A stretch of 64,000 bases of DNA from the NCBI RefSeq assembly GCF_009914755.1, contig NC_060934.1; one strand, written 5' to 3'. The notes under the pieces are model-generated. The model saw nothing but the letters and a program-made list of their open reading frames with translations. It had not been told where the DNA came from and searched no databases. The stretch comes from the human T2T-CHM13v2.0 reference genome, Homo sapiens. Of this stretch, positions 18,225-33,669 are shown one piece after another (within the stretch, counting starts at the first letter, position 1; each line of letters opens with the position of its first letter). A program made the translations under genes and the position numbers.

Positions 18225-18460
18225 GAAAAGAGACGGAATCTGGGCCCAGTGTTATAGGATTCAAATCCCAGCTCTGCCATTAATTGGGAGTGAGCATTAG
18301 CAAGTTCCTTCAACTCAAAGTATCTCAGTTTCCCCAACTATAAAATGGGAACAGTAATAGTAACCTACCTCATGGGGTTATTGTGAGGAATGAATTAATA
18401 TCTATAACAGTTAAAATTGTCCTTGGCACATAGGAAATGTTCAGTCAGTGCTTGCTATAA
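18225..18460 (+). mobile_element. MIR
   Basis: ttcaaatcccagctctgcca...tcagtttccccaactataaaatggg...acctacctcatggggttattgtgagg. Confidence 0.85.
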
Positions 18461-18848
18461 TTATTACTAGGAGCCAGATACTGGGCTAACCATATTGGGG
18501 ATACAAATGTGATTTGCTCTAAATCTATCCTCAAAAAATGTACAGTCTTGAGGAGCTGTTTACAATCTACATTTGTATTTAGCTAAGATAGGAAAGATGA
18601 CTATCTACATAATTTTAGGGGACGATCCACCAGCCCCCAAAAGAAATTAGCCTTCTTCTCTTCCTTGTTTATTGATGCCTAAAATTCCCCCATAAGACAG
18701 CAGCATTACCCAGTAAGAAAAAACTGTGCCTTGGGTTCAAATGGATGTAAGTTTTGACCCTGGCTCTGCTCCTGATGCACTGAGAGACCCTGGCTGCTTA
18801 TATGAAACCTGAATGTCTATGACTGCATGTAAAAAATAAAGATGAGAA

Positions 18849-19170
<322 letters not shown>

Positions 19171-21043
19171 AAAGATGAGAATTATGCCTCTCAGGGGCTG
19201 TGACAATAAATTGATCTACGTGTGTTTTAAAATGCCTTTCACACAGAATATGCTACATAATCACTCATTCCTGGTCTCCTCCAGAAGTCCCTGCACTTGG
19301 CCTCTCTCTCTCGGGTGTAATGGATTGGTCCCCATTGAAATACATTTCCTTTTCAGAGTCATTTATCCCTCAGTTAGAAAGAAGTATTGACCATGGGGAA
19401 GGGGGACTGTGAAGCCACCTGGGCATGGCAGAGGGGGCCAGGCACAGAGGAGGGAGCACAAAAGAACGAACAATGAAGCACATAGAGAAATAAAACCTAA
19501 CTCGACTTGCAAGCCAGTGATGGCCCTATTTTTAGCTGACAAGTGAGTAATCTGATGTGTGTGACTTGAAACAGGGAACATAAACATCAAGGCTGAATCT
19601 ATAACCAGCCACATATAACTTGTACTATAACTTATTCCCAGAATTCTAGACTGTTTGAATTAAGTGTCTGCAGGTCTCTTCTTCACGCACTTACTCTTAT
19701 TAAGTTTGGGAACTAGAAGCCTGTGTCATTTGCACAGGTCTCAAGTTACAAGGGAAAAAGATGCTTTGCTTGGTCTCTGGTTTGACTATTCCAAAGAATC
19801 TTTCCTAATCTCCAATTCGTCTTTGTCTCCCACCCCACCAGCCTCCCTCCCTCCTTCCCTTCCCCCTGAAAGCTAACCATCAGAGGGGTGGAATAGCCTC
19901 TAATTCAGCCCATTCTTCCCTCATCCCTTTCCCTTTCATCATCAGCTAGCAGTGAAAGTCACCATCCTCTTGGACCTCCCATTTCTGAGGCATTGTCTGT
20001 CCCAGAACCCCATGCAGGACATTGGAGACAAGTGAATCTAACCTCGTCCAATCTCCCTCTTCTTCCCGTAGATAAAAACCTGAACTCAAAGAAGAGAACT
20101 GGAATAATCCTCCCTAATCCCACTTCCCATGGTGAGCCCCAGCTGGGACGCTGACACATGGCCCCAACTTTTTCTCCTGCCTGATGTCTGGACCCACAGG
20201 GGACAGATGGTGGTCCCTGGTCACTGAAGTACCCACAGGTTTGATTATTGAGACTTTTATCTCTGTTGACTACAGGGAGGACCTGAATCAGTTTACATGG
20301 TTAAAATAAAAGCGCCATATACAAGGATAAAGCAGGACAGGGCCCCCACCATCTAAAAGTAGAAGGGATGGGGATTGCCAGGCAGCACCTGCCACCACCA
20401 AGAAAAGACTGAGAAAGGGACACTTCAGGCACAACATGTAAGGAGGCGCTCCTTTTGGGACTGACCCTGCCTTTGCATAGCCCTGGGAATGAGCCACCCT
20501 CATGTTTGCACCCAGGCCTCTCTCTTGCCTCATCCTGCACCTGCCATGAGTTTACTACTGAGCTCACTTCTGAAATTGGCTCTGCATTGCCTGTCACCTA
20601 TGGCAAGAGAGAAACAACTAGGTTATGATTATTGTGAACTGAGAAAACCTATAAAGCCAATTCAGAGATCAAATCTATCCTAAAATTAAATTCAAGCAGA
20701 ATTTTTGTGCCAGCGGCTTTGAATAAAGACTGAAGAACACGGTGAGTTATATCTTCAATTACAGTTTACAAAGAACAGAGGTACTCCTTCCAAAAGGGGA
20801 CTCTTGATTTAGCTCTCTGTAAGGACAGAAAGCATAACACTGAATCTTGGGTCAGCAAAAACATTTTCACAAGGGCCTCAGGTATCATGAGATTTAGCTC
20901 TGTTTAATTCTGATGCTCAACATTAATTTAAGGAAAATGAAGTACTTGTTTTGGGGGGGATTAATTTGCTACCAGGCACACCTCAGCTGTGTTTTATTCT
21001 GAAGCTCTAAATTAGCACCAGGATCAACCTGGATAATCTAAAT

Positions 21044-21268
21044 CAGGGGTTGGCAATTTTTTTCTGTAAAGGGCCAGATCATAAATATTTTGGGCTTTGT
21101 AAGCTGCACAATCTCTATTGCAAGTGCTCAATGCGGCCATTGGAGTGAGAAAACTAGCCACAGATGATACAAAAATGAATGAGCTTGGCCTCGTTCCAGT
21201 AAAACTTTCCTTACAAAAATAGGTGATGGACCAGATGTAGCCTGTAGGCCATAGTTGGTCAACCTCTG
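21044..21268. mobile_element. MER58A (hAT-Charlie MITE)
   Basis: TIRs caggggttggcaa ... ttggtcaacctctg; internal ctgtaaagggccagat...ttccagtaaaactt. Confidence 0.85.
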
Positions 21269-23358
21269 ATGTAGCTGACATCTTGAAATGAGGAAGGAAT
21301 GTTTAATTTGAGAACCCGTACTTCTACATTTCACAAGGTAGAAATCTGTAAATAACAACATTTGGAAGTTCCTTCTGTTTCCTGCAACACTCACTTTAGA
21401 ACCTAATATCATGCTATTTTTATTGCTCTGGCTTAATTCAGTTATATAGAAATCATTTCTATTCAAATAGACGATGAAATCCTTGAGGTCAAGGTCTCTG
21501 TCCAACTTCTTTGGGTATAATCCATCGTGCCTAGCACAGCTGGGAACTTTGCACTTGCTTAAAGTGTTTTCTTCCCTTTCTGAAGGACAGTGATTCACAT
21601 CTCTGCTTTTGACATGCAAGGACTTGACGATCTATTTAACCTAAGGGGAGAAGAGTCTCTTTCAAAGAATGGATTGTCATCCCCTTCTCCCTGCCCCTGC
21701 CATGTACATTATGCTTCTAATCAGTCTGGAATAAAGCGATGTCATGGGCATAAACTAATTTCTTCCAATCCAAAACAAGTTAGCAAGTCTCATTTTGTAA
21801 TTCTAAAGTCTTCAGCTCATGTATTTATTTCAACATTTTTTTCCTATAAATAAATGGCTGTGTGACTTGTCTCCTTCTTTGTGTTCATATCCCAATGTCC
21901 AGTGTAGAGTGGCCTTCACTAAATATGTGTAGAAGGAATGAGGAAATGAATGCAAGATGGGCTTAGCTCATAAACCCTTTGTTTTGTTAGAGACTTTTGC
22001 CAACTCTTTTAGGCAGTTACAATATTTTGATGGGCAAGACCTGTGCTGTTGGGCTGCCTGGTCAAACCCATGCATAGTGAAATAATCCGTCTCCAATCTC
22101 AGCCTGCATCCTAACCCCAATTTGTCCCTGAGTGCAAGGTCACTGATCTGAATTTGAATGGCAGGCTTTGTTGACCTAACAACTCTGTTAGGCTCACCCA
22201 TTTCTGCATACTACTGGTGAGTGACAGAGGATGGACACTGAAATCTCCATCTTTTCATAGAACCCATGCAAGAGGCACAAAACCATCTGCTTAGTGGTCA
22301 TGTGGCAGCAGACAGTATCTCAGAAGTCCTCGCAGCATATGACTTCACTGATGAAGATGGATCACACTTGAGCAGGGATTCTTGATCTCTGCAAAACAGC
22401 TCATACACAACAGGAACAATCTCACAGATAAGAAAAACTCCAGAAGTTGGTCTCGGGCTATGAAAATTTCTGCCACAATATGATTTATATGAAAATAAAT
22501 AAAGTGGGTCTACTACTTTATCATTAGCAATAAGTGGATTCTTTCTTCCTGCCACAGACAAACTGAGGATGTAAATGAACACCATACTCGCATTGTTGCT
22601 TATGCTGTTGTTCTTCACCCACTGCCTGAGGTGTAGGTTTGCAAATAAAATCAAACCATCATTATTCTGGACTGATTATCCAATTAGAGAATGAAATAGG
22701 CCAGCCCTGTCTTCCTTCTTCTTCCATCAAATGCCATTCTTGTAGCCATTTCACTGACAACATGAGGGGCCAACAGAAGAAATAAACAGGCATAAATTTC
22801 AAACCCAGGAAATTTATGTGAGCAAAGGGAAAGAATCCAGATATATAAAATGAATTAATCATCAATAAGTCACCACATCCCTATTACATGGTGAGTTCTT
22901 TTCTGGGAGCTGTTAGGGCCAGAAAGGGACTGTAAGACACAGTCCCTGCTTTAAAGAAGTACAAACAATCACCAAAAATAAAAGCAAAACTGAAAAACAG
23001 CAAATAAATAATCATTTATCAGAACCAACTATGGACTATGGATAGTTTAAAAGTGCTGAGAGCATAGCCCACATGGCAGAAGTGCATAAATAATGCAAAA
23101 CCTTACATTGGCTGACAATTTAAACTTCCCTTCATGATCATTCTTCTGTCAGAACCGCTGAGAGAGATAAAGAAGATAATAATAACAAAAGAACTTCAAG
23201 TTTCTGGTGATTCTAAGTAGGTTCTAGTTTCAGGAGTATTCCAACACACTATGTTACCTTAGACAAGTCATGTTCTCTCTTTGTGATTAGGTTTCTCATC
23301 AAAAGGAAGGAAAGAAGGAAGGGAGGAAGAAGGGACTGGGAGTGTTGGTAATAGATAA

Positions 23359-23940
<582 letters not shown>

Positions 23941-24696
23941 ATAAATCTGCAGTTTCTACAGCTACTTTGCAACTATGAACAAATGCTAGTGTACACAGAA
24001 AACTCCCTCCCTCCTGTAAGCTTCTTATGCATGCCACAGACTCTGGCCTCCCAGCTGGGCCAGATACATTTGAATGCTGGAGCACTCAGCTGATTAAGAT
24101 ACCTAATTTCTGAATGATCCCACTCACACCAGGAGGACAGTGTTTAGAGCAAGATGTTACATCTCAGTTGACTCACCTTGTGCAATGATTTCTTTTTATA
24201 AATGCTAATTGCAACTCACTAATTAAGAGAGATGTTACACTGGGCAGGAAAATCATTGAGTCAGGAAATCTTGCAATTTTCTCTAGCATATTTCATGAAT
24301 CAAAAGTCTTGATCTGATGCAGTTTTTTCATGGCCTAGAGGGCAGAATAGGAGCTGAATACCACAGCTTCTCTTCATAAGGGTGGTATGGAAATGGACTC
24401 CCAGTTTAAAAGAGAGTCAAATGTCCATCCTGGGAGAATTAGCAGAGTATTGTGGTTAAGGGCAGAGGCTTTGAAGACAGGCCTGGACTAATTTATTTTT
24501 GCCTATGGTTTAGGACAGAGGGTCCAAGACTGTCTTTTTCATCTTGTCATCTCAGCATTTAGGATAGCAAGGGGTACATAGCAGGTGCTAAATAAATGTG
24601 TTGTGAAATTTAAGTCCTGGTTCTACCATGCATAAGCTGTTTCCTAGGGCACCTTCCATAACTTCTTGGAGACTCTTCTGTTTTTTTGCTTTTGGG

Positions 24697-24722
24697 TGTG
24701 TGTGTGTGTGTGTGTGTGTGTG
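24697..24722. repeat. (TG)n microsatellite, about 13 units
   Basis: Direct reading. Confidence 0.9.
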
Positions 24723-24755
24723 TTGTTGCTGTTGTCATTATTTTGTAAAATGGGA

Positions 24756-25230
24756 TGTCTCAGTTGGGGTTCCTCTGCAGGAGAACCTGAGAAAAGGATT
24801 TGATTACAAATAGTTAACTTGGGAAGTGATCTCAGGAAACACCAGTAAGGGAACAGGAAAGTGGGGAGGAGATGGGAAAGCATCCATAAAGAGTTTGTTA
24901 TCAAGCATTTATCACTGTGGGCAACTAAAGGAAAATCCCACTGGGGTACTCTGGCAGCCAGGATCTACACATGGCTTTATGTGTAAACAGAAGAGCCTTG
25001 CGACCAAGGGGTGAGGGGGCTGGGGCATTGATCCATCACCTCCTGTTGGTCACTGGTTGAGGAGGCATTAAGTCCCTAGCACTTACGACCTGTAGACAGG
25101 CCCACAAGCAAGCTTCAGTGACTGGAGAAAGTCCTCTGGCAAAGAAATGCAGATGCTGGCAATTCAAAATCTAGCCACCTGCACTACAGGTAAGGGCAAG
25201 CGGGTCTGGGTTGCGGTGACAGGCACCAAC
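24756..25230 (-). mobile_element. MaLR solo LTR, MLT1I/J-like
   Basis: tgtctcagttggggttcctc...ctgagaaaaggatttga...gggaagtgatctcaggaaacaccagtaaggg. Confidence 0.7.
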
Positions 25231-25459
25231 AGGGCCAGCCTCCCAGGAATAATAAAACCTATGTCTTAGGTTGATGTGAGGCTTAAATGAAGCGGCGGAT
25301 GGAAAGGACTGATTGCGACCCTGCACACTGTACCTCCATTCACTGAGGGCTTCCTGCTGTCATGAGAACATGGAAAATGTGGCGCTCCCCACTAAGGCCC
25401 CTGGAGCCATGCATCAGGTAGAATACAGTCTCAAGGGCATCTTGAGACCTTATAGATCC

Positions 25460-25660
25460 AGAGAAATGCCACTTCCTAGCCTTGGAAACTGACAATGCAC
25501 ATTAGCATACGGAAGGCTCTGAGGATTCTTATGGTTAAGAAACTCTTTAATTAAATGAGGATTTCCCAAACTTACTGGAGCACAGAGTTCTCTTTCCAAA
25601 TAATGTATGCCAACTTTCAGTGTAATCCAACACTCCATGAAGCACATTTTGGGAAAAGAA
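25460..25660. mobile_element. hAT-Charlie fragment, Charlie4z-like
   Basis: aatgcacattagcatac..aaggctctgag...atttcccaaactta. Confidence 0.5.
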
Positions 25661-25775
25661 GGCCTGAGACTGGTGAATTTTACCCAGAAAAGCATTCCAT
25701 AATTTCCAGCTCACCCCCAAAATTCTGCTGACAAATATGTTTCCTTAACTACACCCAAATCTTCTGATTTCATCT

Positions 25776-26075
25776 TCTTTTTTTCTTTTTCTTTTTGTTT
25801 TTTGAGACAAGGTCTGGCCCTATTGCCCAGGCTGGAGTCCAGTGGCACCATCTTGGCTCACTGCAACCTCAGTCTCCAGGGCTCAAAGGATCCTTTCACC
25901 TCAGCGTCCTGCATAGCTGGGACTACAGGCATGCACCTCTACATCCAGCTAATTTTTTGTATTTTTTCTAGAGATGGGTTTCACCATGTTGCCCAGGCTG
26001 GTCTCAAACTCACAAGCTCAAGCACCTTGGCCTCCCAAAGTGCTGGATTACAGGCATGAGCCACCATGCCCAGCC
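25776..26075 (-). mobile_element. AluJ
   Basis: T-tail, gagacaaggtct...gggctcaaaggatcct...ttggcctcccaaagtgctggattacaggcatgagccacc. Confidence 0.9.
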
Positions 26076-26371
26076 TCACCTCCTTTTTTAATGAACCCAA
26101 ACCCACCCTGATGATTTTTTTATTCTGCATTTCTCAGATTCATAATGGTTTTCACGTGTGATTTGAAATCATTTATGGGAGCTGCATGAGCAACTTACAT
26201 CCTGGAGTTTACAGGTGTTGCACCCTGCCCAAAGTTGCTGAGTGCTCACCAAGTCCTGCTTCTCTCAGAGGCAGCATTACCTAATGGACAGGAGTCTCCG
26301 GGCCCAGCTCTGTTGCTTATTAACTTTCCCAACGTCATTTGTAAAATGAGAAAATGTCTGTTGTTCACAGG

Positions 26372-26750
26372 TGATATAGTTAGGCTCTGTGTCCCCATCC
26401 AAAATCTCATCTTGAATTGTAATCCCTATAATCTCCACCTGTCAAGGGTGGGACCAGGTGGAGGTAATTGGATCACGGGGGCGGTTTCCCTCATGCTTTT
26501 CTCGTGATAGTGAGTAAGTCTCAAGAAAGCTGATGGTTTTATAAGCATCTGGCATTTCCCCTGCTTGAACTCACTCTGTCCTGCCACCCTGTGAAGAAGG
26601 TGCCTTCTTCTCCTTTGCCTTCCACCGTGATTGTAAGTTTCCTGAGGCCTCCCCAGGCATGCGGAACTGTGAGTCAATTCAACCTCTTTCCTTTATAAAT
26701 TACCCGGTCTGGAGGATTCCTTCATAGTAGTGTGAGAATGGACTAATACC
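26372..26750 (+). mobile_element. THE1 (THE1C/D-like) MaLR solo LTR inserted in a MIR
   Basis: tgatatagttaggctctgtgtcccc...aaatctcatcttgaattgta...gtaagtttcctgaggcctcccc...ggactaatac; 5-bp TSD acagg on both sides. Confidence 0.92.
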
Positions 26751-27089
26751 ACAGGTTATTATAGAAATTAAATGAATTACAGCACAAAACATCCAGCACT
26801 GTGCAGCCACCAACTAATGCTCAATGAATGTCGCTTGCCTTTCAAATTTCTTCCTCTAACCACCCCTAGCCCTGATTCCAATTCTTCATTACTTAGATAA
26901 TTGTCATATAAAGAGAAAATAGAATGATGAAATGGAAAGACTGTTGCCTGAATAATTCAGGCCACTTAGTGAGTATCTATATCCATATAGACAGCTGTGT
27001 AGCTACCTCTCTACAGGTAGGTACCTTAATATGCAATGTCCATCTGTATCTATATAGAGATACAGATATATAGAGGCAGAGATATTTCA

Positions 27090-27600
27090 TGCAATAAATA
27101 TTTATTAAGCACCTGCTGGTGCCTGGCATTGCTCTGTGTTGGATGAAAATACTGAATAAGACAGACATGATCCCTGCTCACAAGTAGGTTACGGCCTAGT
27201 AGTACAGACAAGTCACATCAAGAAACAACTAAACAATGAAGCAAACAAACAACTAATTACAAATTGCTTCAAGCAAATGCTTGTATAAATTGCTATAAAA
27301 CACACAAATTCCAGTGAGGGACACTTTAGACTGTGTGGCCACAGAGGCCTTTCTAATGAGGTGATAGATCAGTGGAGAACTGAAGGGAGAGAGTGGGCCA
27401 TCAGGGGACGCAGGGGCAAGTGCCATCCAAAGGAGCGGGTTGCTGCCTGCCATTGCTGAGGCAGGGAGAAGAAGCCTGGGGGGTGCAGGAGAAGGCAGAA
27501 GCTCTAAGGCCATGGCAGGCTTTATGGGCCGTAAGGAGGTCTTGGTTTCCATCTAAGAAGAAGGAAAAAGTTTAAAGAGGTGGGCCACAAAAGCAGATTG
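27090..27600 (-). mobile_element. L2 fragment
   Basis: aataaatatttattaagcacctgctggtgcctggcattgctct...aataagacagacatgatccctgctc. Confidence 0.7.
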
Positions 27601-27744
27601 AAAAAGGGTTGACATTTTAAAAGATCCCTGCAAACAACTAAAGAAAGGAGATGACTGTGAGATTCTCAGAGAATTCTTTCCTGCCTGCTATTGATCTCCA
27701 AAAAGTGTGATTCTATAACAAGAGCAAACATTGACAGTGAGTCA

Positions 27745-27945
27745 GATACCTCTGTAATCATTTTTAAATCACTCATTTTATTCCCACAACACCTTACATG
27801 CGGTGGCCATGGTTGTCCCCATTTTACAGATGTGGCAGCAGTTGAGGCACAGAGAGCTTAAACATCTTGCCGAAGCTCACCTAGCAATGAGATGATGGAG
27901 CCGCGGTTGAAATTTAGGCAGTGGAACTCCAGATGTGTGCTCACC
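27745..27945 (-). mobile_element. MIR
   Basis: ccccattttacagatg...tgaggcacagagagcttaa...ttgccgaagctcac. Confidence 0.75.
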
Positions 27946-28359
27946 CTGCCCTGTTCTGCCTCCCTGGAAGCACGCTCAGCCATGGCTCTGGCTGCCTCTC
28001 CCATGCTGCCCCCGAGATTTCATTCCCTGTATGCCTGAACGTCAACACAAGTGTCTTTCTTCTCAGTCCCATGGAAACGGTTCCTCCACCATTACGATCT
28101 GAACTAAAACAATAAGAAGATGCTATGCAAAAAATGAACCTGGGTGAGTACTGAACACTTTAAAATGCAAGACTTTACTAAGGCTAAATAGAATTGAAAG
28201 CTATAGCCTCAGAAGAGAATGTCACAAAACCCTGACACAGTGAAACAATTACATAACTAAGAAGTGAGGGGAAAGGATGGGGGAGAAAATGAAATGTCAT
28301 TTTCTCTTCTTTCACAGCAGAAAGTTCATCTGTTTTACACCAAATTAAAAAACAAAGTT

Positions 28360-29523
<1,164 letters not shown>

Positions 29524-29569
29524 CAAATAAGCTTAAACTTAACAGTTTTATTTTTTAAAAAAACATGTA

Positions 29570-29752
29570 GGCCAGGCACAGTGGCTCATGCCTATAACCC
29601 CAGCACTATGGGAGGCTGAGGCAGGCGGGTCCCGAGGTCAGGAATTCAAAACCATCCTGGCCAACATGGTGAAACCCTGTCTCTGCTAAAAAATACAAAA
29701 AATTAGCCGGGCATGGTGGCAAGTGCCTGTAATCCCAGCTACTCGGGAGGCT
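29570..29752 (+). mobile_element. Alu lacking the 3' two-thirds of its right arm and the tail
   Basis: Left arm, linker and right arm up to ctactcgggaggct, then an abrupt switch to L1ME-like sequence. Confidence 0.9.
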
Positions 29753-32700
29753 AGTACAAGTTCATTTTATATAAATTTCTGTTTGTCTAACTTATTTACT
29801 TATCTACTGTACAGAAAAATATCTAGAATGATCTTTATCCAATGTGATCAAATGTTTTATGATATTTGCTTTGGTTTGTTGGACACATTCTTCTTGGCAT
29901 TTTCTGTGTTGCTTCCATTTCTCTTAAATGAATATGTTGAGTTTTTTAAATAATAAAATAATTATTTTGAAAATACATAAGGAAGACGTCCAGACTTGCT
30001 TTACTTGATCATATGAAATAAACTCCTCTTCACGCTGGAGCAAAATAAGAGCACTCTTATCTTGGGGGTTTTGGAAGTATTTCTGTGGTTTCTGGGATGC
30101 AATATCTCAGCCAGAAAAATAAGCCCTTCATCCTGCCTTCAGCGAGGCGAGCCCCACAGCAAGGGCCAAAGTCTAGGAGGCCTGAGCATGAGGCTGCAGT
30201 GTCTCCAAGCCCCACTGCCTTTAATGGGAACAGCGTCCTGGCACCCTCTCCAGGATCACAGCAGTGAGCTCTGTCCTCTGGTCACCTGCGCCACCAACAC
30301 CCTGACAAGGTCCTCCTCCTCCTTAGCGATGGGCTGCCTCCTTTCCCACAGCTTCTGGTGCCCCCATGGGTTGGGGGCAGGGAGGGAAGTAGCAAAGAAT
30401 TAAGAATCAGATCCAGAGAAGCATGTGGTCATATCAAAGAAGGAGTGTAAATAGCTCCTATACAATGAGGTGATCAGATCTCTAAGAGGCTCAGGGAAAA
30501 TAATCAGGAATAAGTGGAAAGACAGAAATGAAACTGAACAAAAGAAAACACTTTTAGGGAGAAGGAAGTTTGAGGCAGGTCATCATCCTCAAGAATCTTC
30601 TTTGAGGCAAAAGAGCTGTATGCCATGAGGAGAAAATGATACAGGCAGAGCAAGAGAAAAATAATGACCTAGTCATTGGCTCAAGATTAAAAGCTATAAT
30701 AGACCCTTTGATCCTCACAGTAACTCCTTTAGGTAGTGAAGGCAAGAGCTCATCTCCTTATTATAGGTGAGGGTGATAGGATTCAGAGACTATAGCTTGT
30801 TGCTCAAGGTCAAGCAGACTGGTGCAGGTGCAGCCTGGACCACAAGGAGGTCTCTGGACCTGATCACTCGGCCATGGGAGTCTCCTCTCTCTCCCCTTCC
30901 CCCTTTTCATGGAAGTGAGAGTTGTGTGAATCTGATATTCCCCATAGTCCCCCCCTCCATGATTCCTAGTTTGCTCCCAGCTCCTCTCCCCTCTCTAGCT
31001 CCATAACTGGGGTCAAAGCCAGGCTAACTTGAGAAGCTGAGTGGAAATCTCATTTTTGGCTTGCTAAGAAGTTGTCTTGAGACCCCTTTGTTTCATAGGG
31101 AGGAAGGTTTCCCAGCAGAGGTTAAGTTTTGTGCTCAGGTTTAAGGCATGAGTCAAGGTCAAGCTTCGGTAGTTGCCCAGGTTTTATTTCAAGGGAAGAA
31201 GGAGTTCAAGGTGATAGCTCTCTTTGAGGGAGGGAGGAAGGGAGGACTGTGTAGTTGTGGATATGGTAGCCTGGCCAGCCAATGCGTAAGTGTAATAAGT
31301 AATCCTCATACTCTCACCCCATGCTGCAAGAACTGTGGTAATAACCTTGAGCAACGGCACACCCTTCCTCCTAACAACACAGGTTTAGGCTAAAGACATT
31401 ATCCATTAAAAATAACCACATTTTATAAACTTTGTGTTGTGTGAGTTTTTTCCCCATTCCTTTTTGAAGCAACTGGCTTGGTACATAAATTACACTGTGT
31501 GCTAGAGAATATATGACACGGCTGTGAATTACAAGGTCATAATTTTACCAGCAATTTTAGATGCTGCCATAAACCATCCAATGTCTGAGAGAGCTCTAAT
31601 ACATTTTGATTTTTTTCCTAAGCCCCCAGAATGGCATTCTAGGCCAGCTCTTAAAAGATGCTTCATTTCTTGCTTTTGTTTTAGGAAAACAATAGCCAAG
31701 TAACATCATCCGCTCCTTTCTTTCTTTTCTTCCCTATAGTATCGTTGCCTTTTATTTTTTTGTTAAATTACTAGCATCTATCTTAGATAGATGTTCCCTC
31801 AGCCTTCTTATGGGAAAGATGGGCTTATGTAGGGCTTTGAGTGAGCAAAGTTCCCAGAGCCACACCATTTTGGCCCAGGGCTTGCCTAAAGACATAACGA
31901 AGTGACCTTGGACCAGGTGGTTCTGTTCAGTCTCAGGTGGAAATGTTTTCCCTGGTCTTCTGTCCTTACCTTCTTCTCCACTTCAACTTAAGTTACACCT
32001 ACATCCTTGCTTTTCCCCTAATTTTCAGGCCTTTGTTCATTTGCAAACACTTGCCCTCAGTTTGACCTGCCTATTCCCCCCTCCTGTAGCTAACAAATTT
32101 CTACTTCAGACTCCAGGAACCAGCCAGAACACCACCTCCTTTTGGAAAGTCTTCCCTGGGACACGTCAGGCTGTCTCTTTTCTGCCTGTTCCCCCAGCAC
32201 TCTCCTGCCATATTCAATGCAACACACTGGAATTCTTTACTTACTTCCTTCTCCCCCATGAATGAGCTCACCAGCCCTTGTCCCTTTTCTTTTGTTCATT
32301 CATTCATGTCTAAATTCACAAAACATTCATTGAGGGTTCCTTTTAGTAACTTCAGTAAGACTTGACACAGTGCCTAGAATGTGGTAATGGGAATGTCTGT
32401 TGAATGAAACAAAATGAGCTAAAAAGAAATAAGTGGATGGAGGTGGATGAATCCCAACTACTGTGCATCTGCAGGACACGGTCAAAGAGAAGGTCCCTAA
32501 CAGGGTAACTGGGAAGGCTCTCCTCCTGTTCCCCTGCTCTTCTCCAAGGGTGTCAACGGAGTAAGTCCTGCCCCAGAGTAAATCCACTCCAGTTACTATA
32601 ACCACGCACTGAGGATCCCTCAGCTGCCTCCCTATATGATCACTCTGAAATATTCACACCAGTCCACTTCCTGGCTCCCCAAAGAAGGATGCAAATTCCT

Positions 32701-33669
32701 CCCCCTGCTCACCTTTTTCTCTTGTCTGGAATGCTCTTGGCCCTCCACTCCACTTAGTTAAGGCTTTTCCATGTTTTAAGACTCAACTCAAGTCCAGCTC
32801 CCCCAGCAAGTCCCTATGGCTACAGGCACATCTGCCTACTTTTAACTTATAGCATATACTACATGTGGTTCCTAATCAGAACATAACTCATCCCATCTGA
32901 ATACAGGCCTAACTAATTGGCGTGCACTGAGGGAGCAGGGGCAGACCATAGTTCTCACTGCTGAGGGGGAATGTGACTGGTTAAAAGACCTCTAAGTCTA
33001 GCCCAGGCTATGCTATTTACTACTTGTGTGACACTGCAGACCTCTTGGAACATCCTTGCCCATATCTGCCAATTCAGAGATAACAATAACATCCATCTCA
33101 CAGAGTTTATCAAATACAGTAATGCTTACAAAAGGTTTTCACATAGTTGAACAGCTGTGGAAATGTCATGTCTTATAAATGCACCTAAGTAAACTCAGGC
33201 AACCCTAATAGGCCCTGGTTTTGTTAGTCATTGAGGCCACTCCTTCCATATGTTATGTTCCCTTGGCACTGAGCTTCCTTTCAAATTAAGAATTGAATTG
33301 ATTCATGCAGGTGACTCAACAACTCATAATTTAGATCTGCTTTCACTCTCACCATGAAATACACACAGACAGCTGACACCATGCTCTTGACTTACGAGCC
33401 TATTTTTCTAAAAGGCCCAGTCCCTCCAAGGCTCTTTCATCCACTCAATATGGTCAGCCACAGGCTTGGTTTGAACTGCCTGTTGATAGAAACATTGTCT
33501 GTCGGCTCCATGGTCCTTGACCACATGACAGCCTTCAAGGACAGATGTGGGATAAGGAAATAAATAACAGCTGTTTTACTGACACTTGTACTCATTCATT
33601 CAGGCCAAGGTGAGAAGGATGGGTAGGATTCTTCATATGGACTCACTGGTATATCCTAGTGAGTTTTGT

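Noticed and set aside
21128-21619. 163-aa minus-strand ORF
   Set aside because: Its C-terminal part runs through MER58A; no recognisable domain or convincing exon boundaries.
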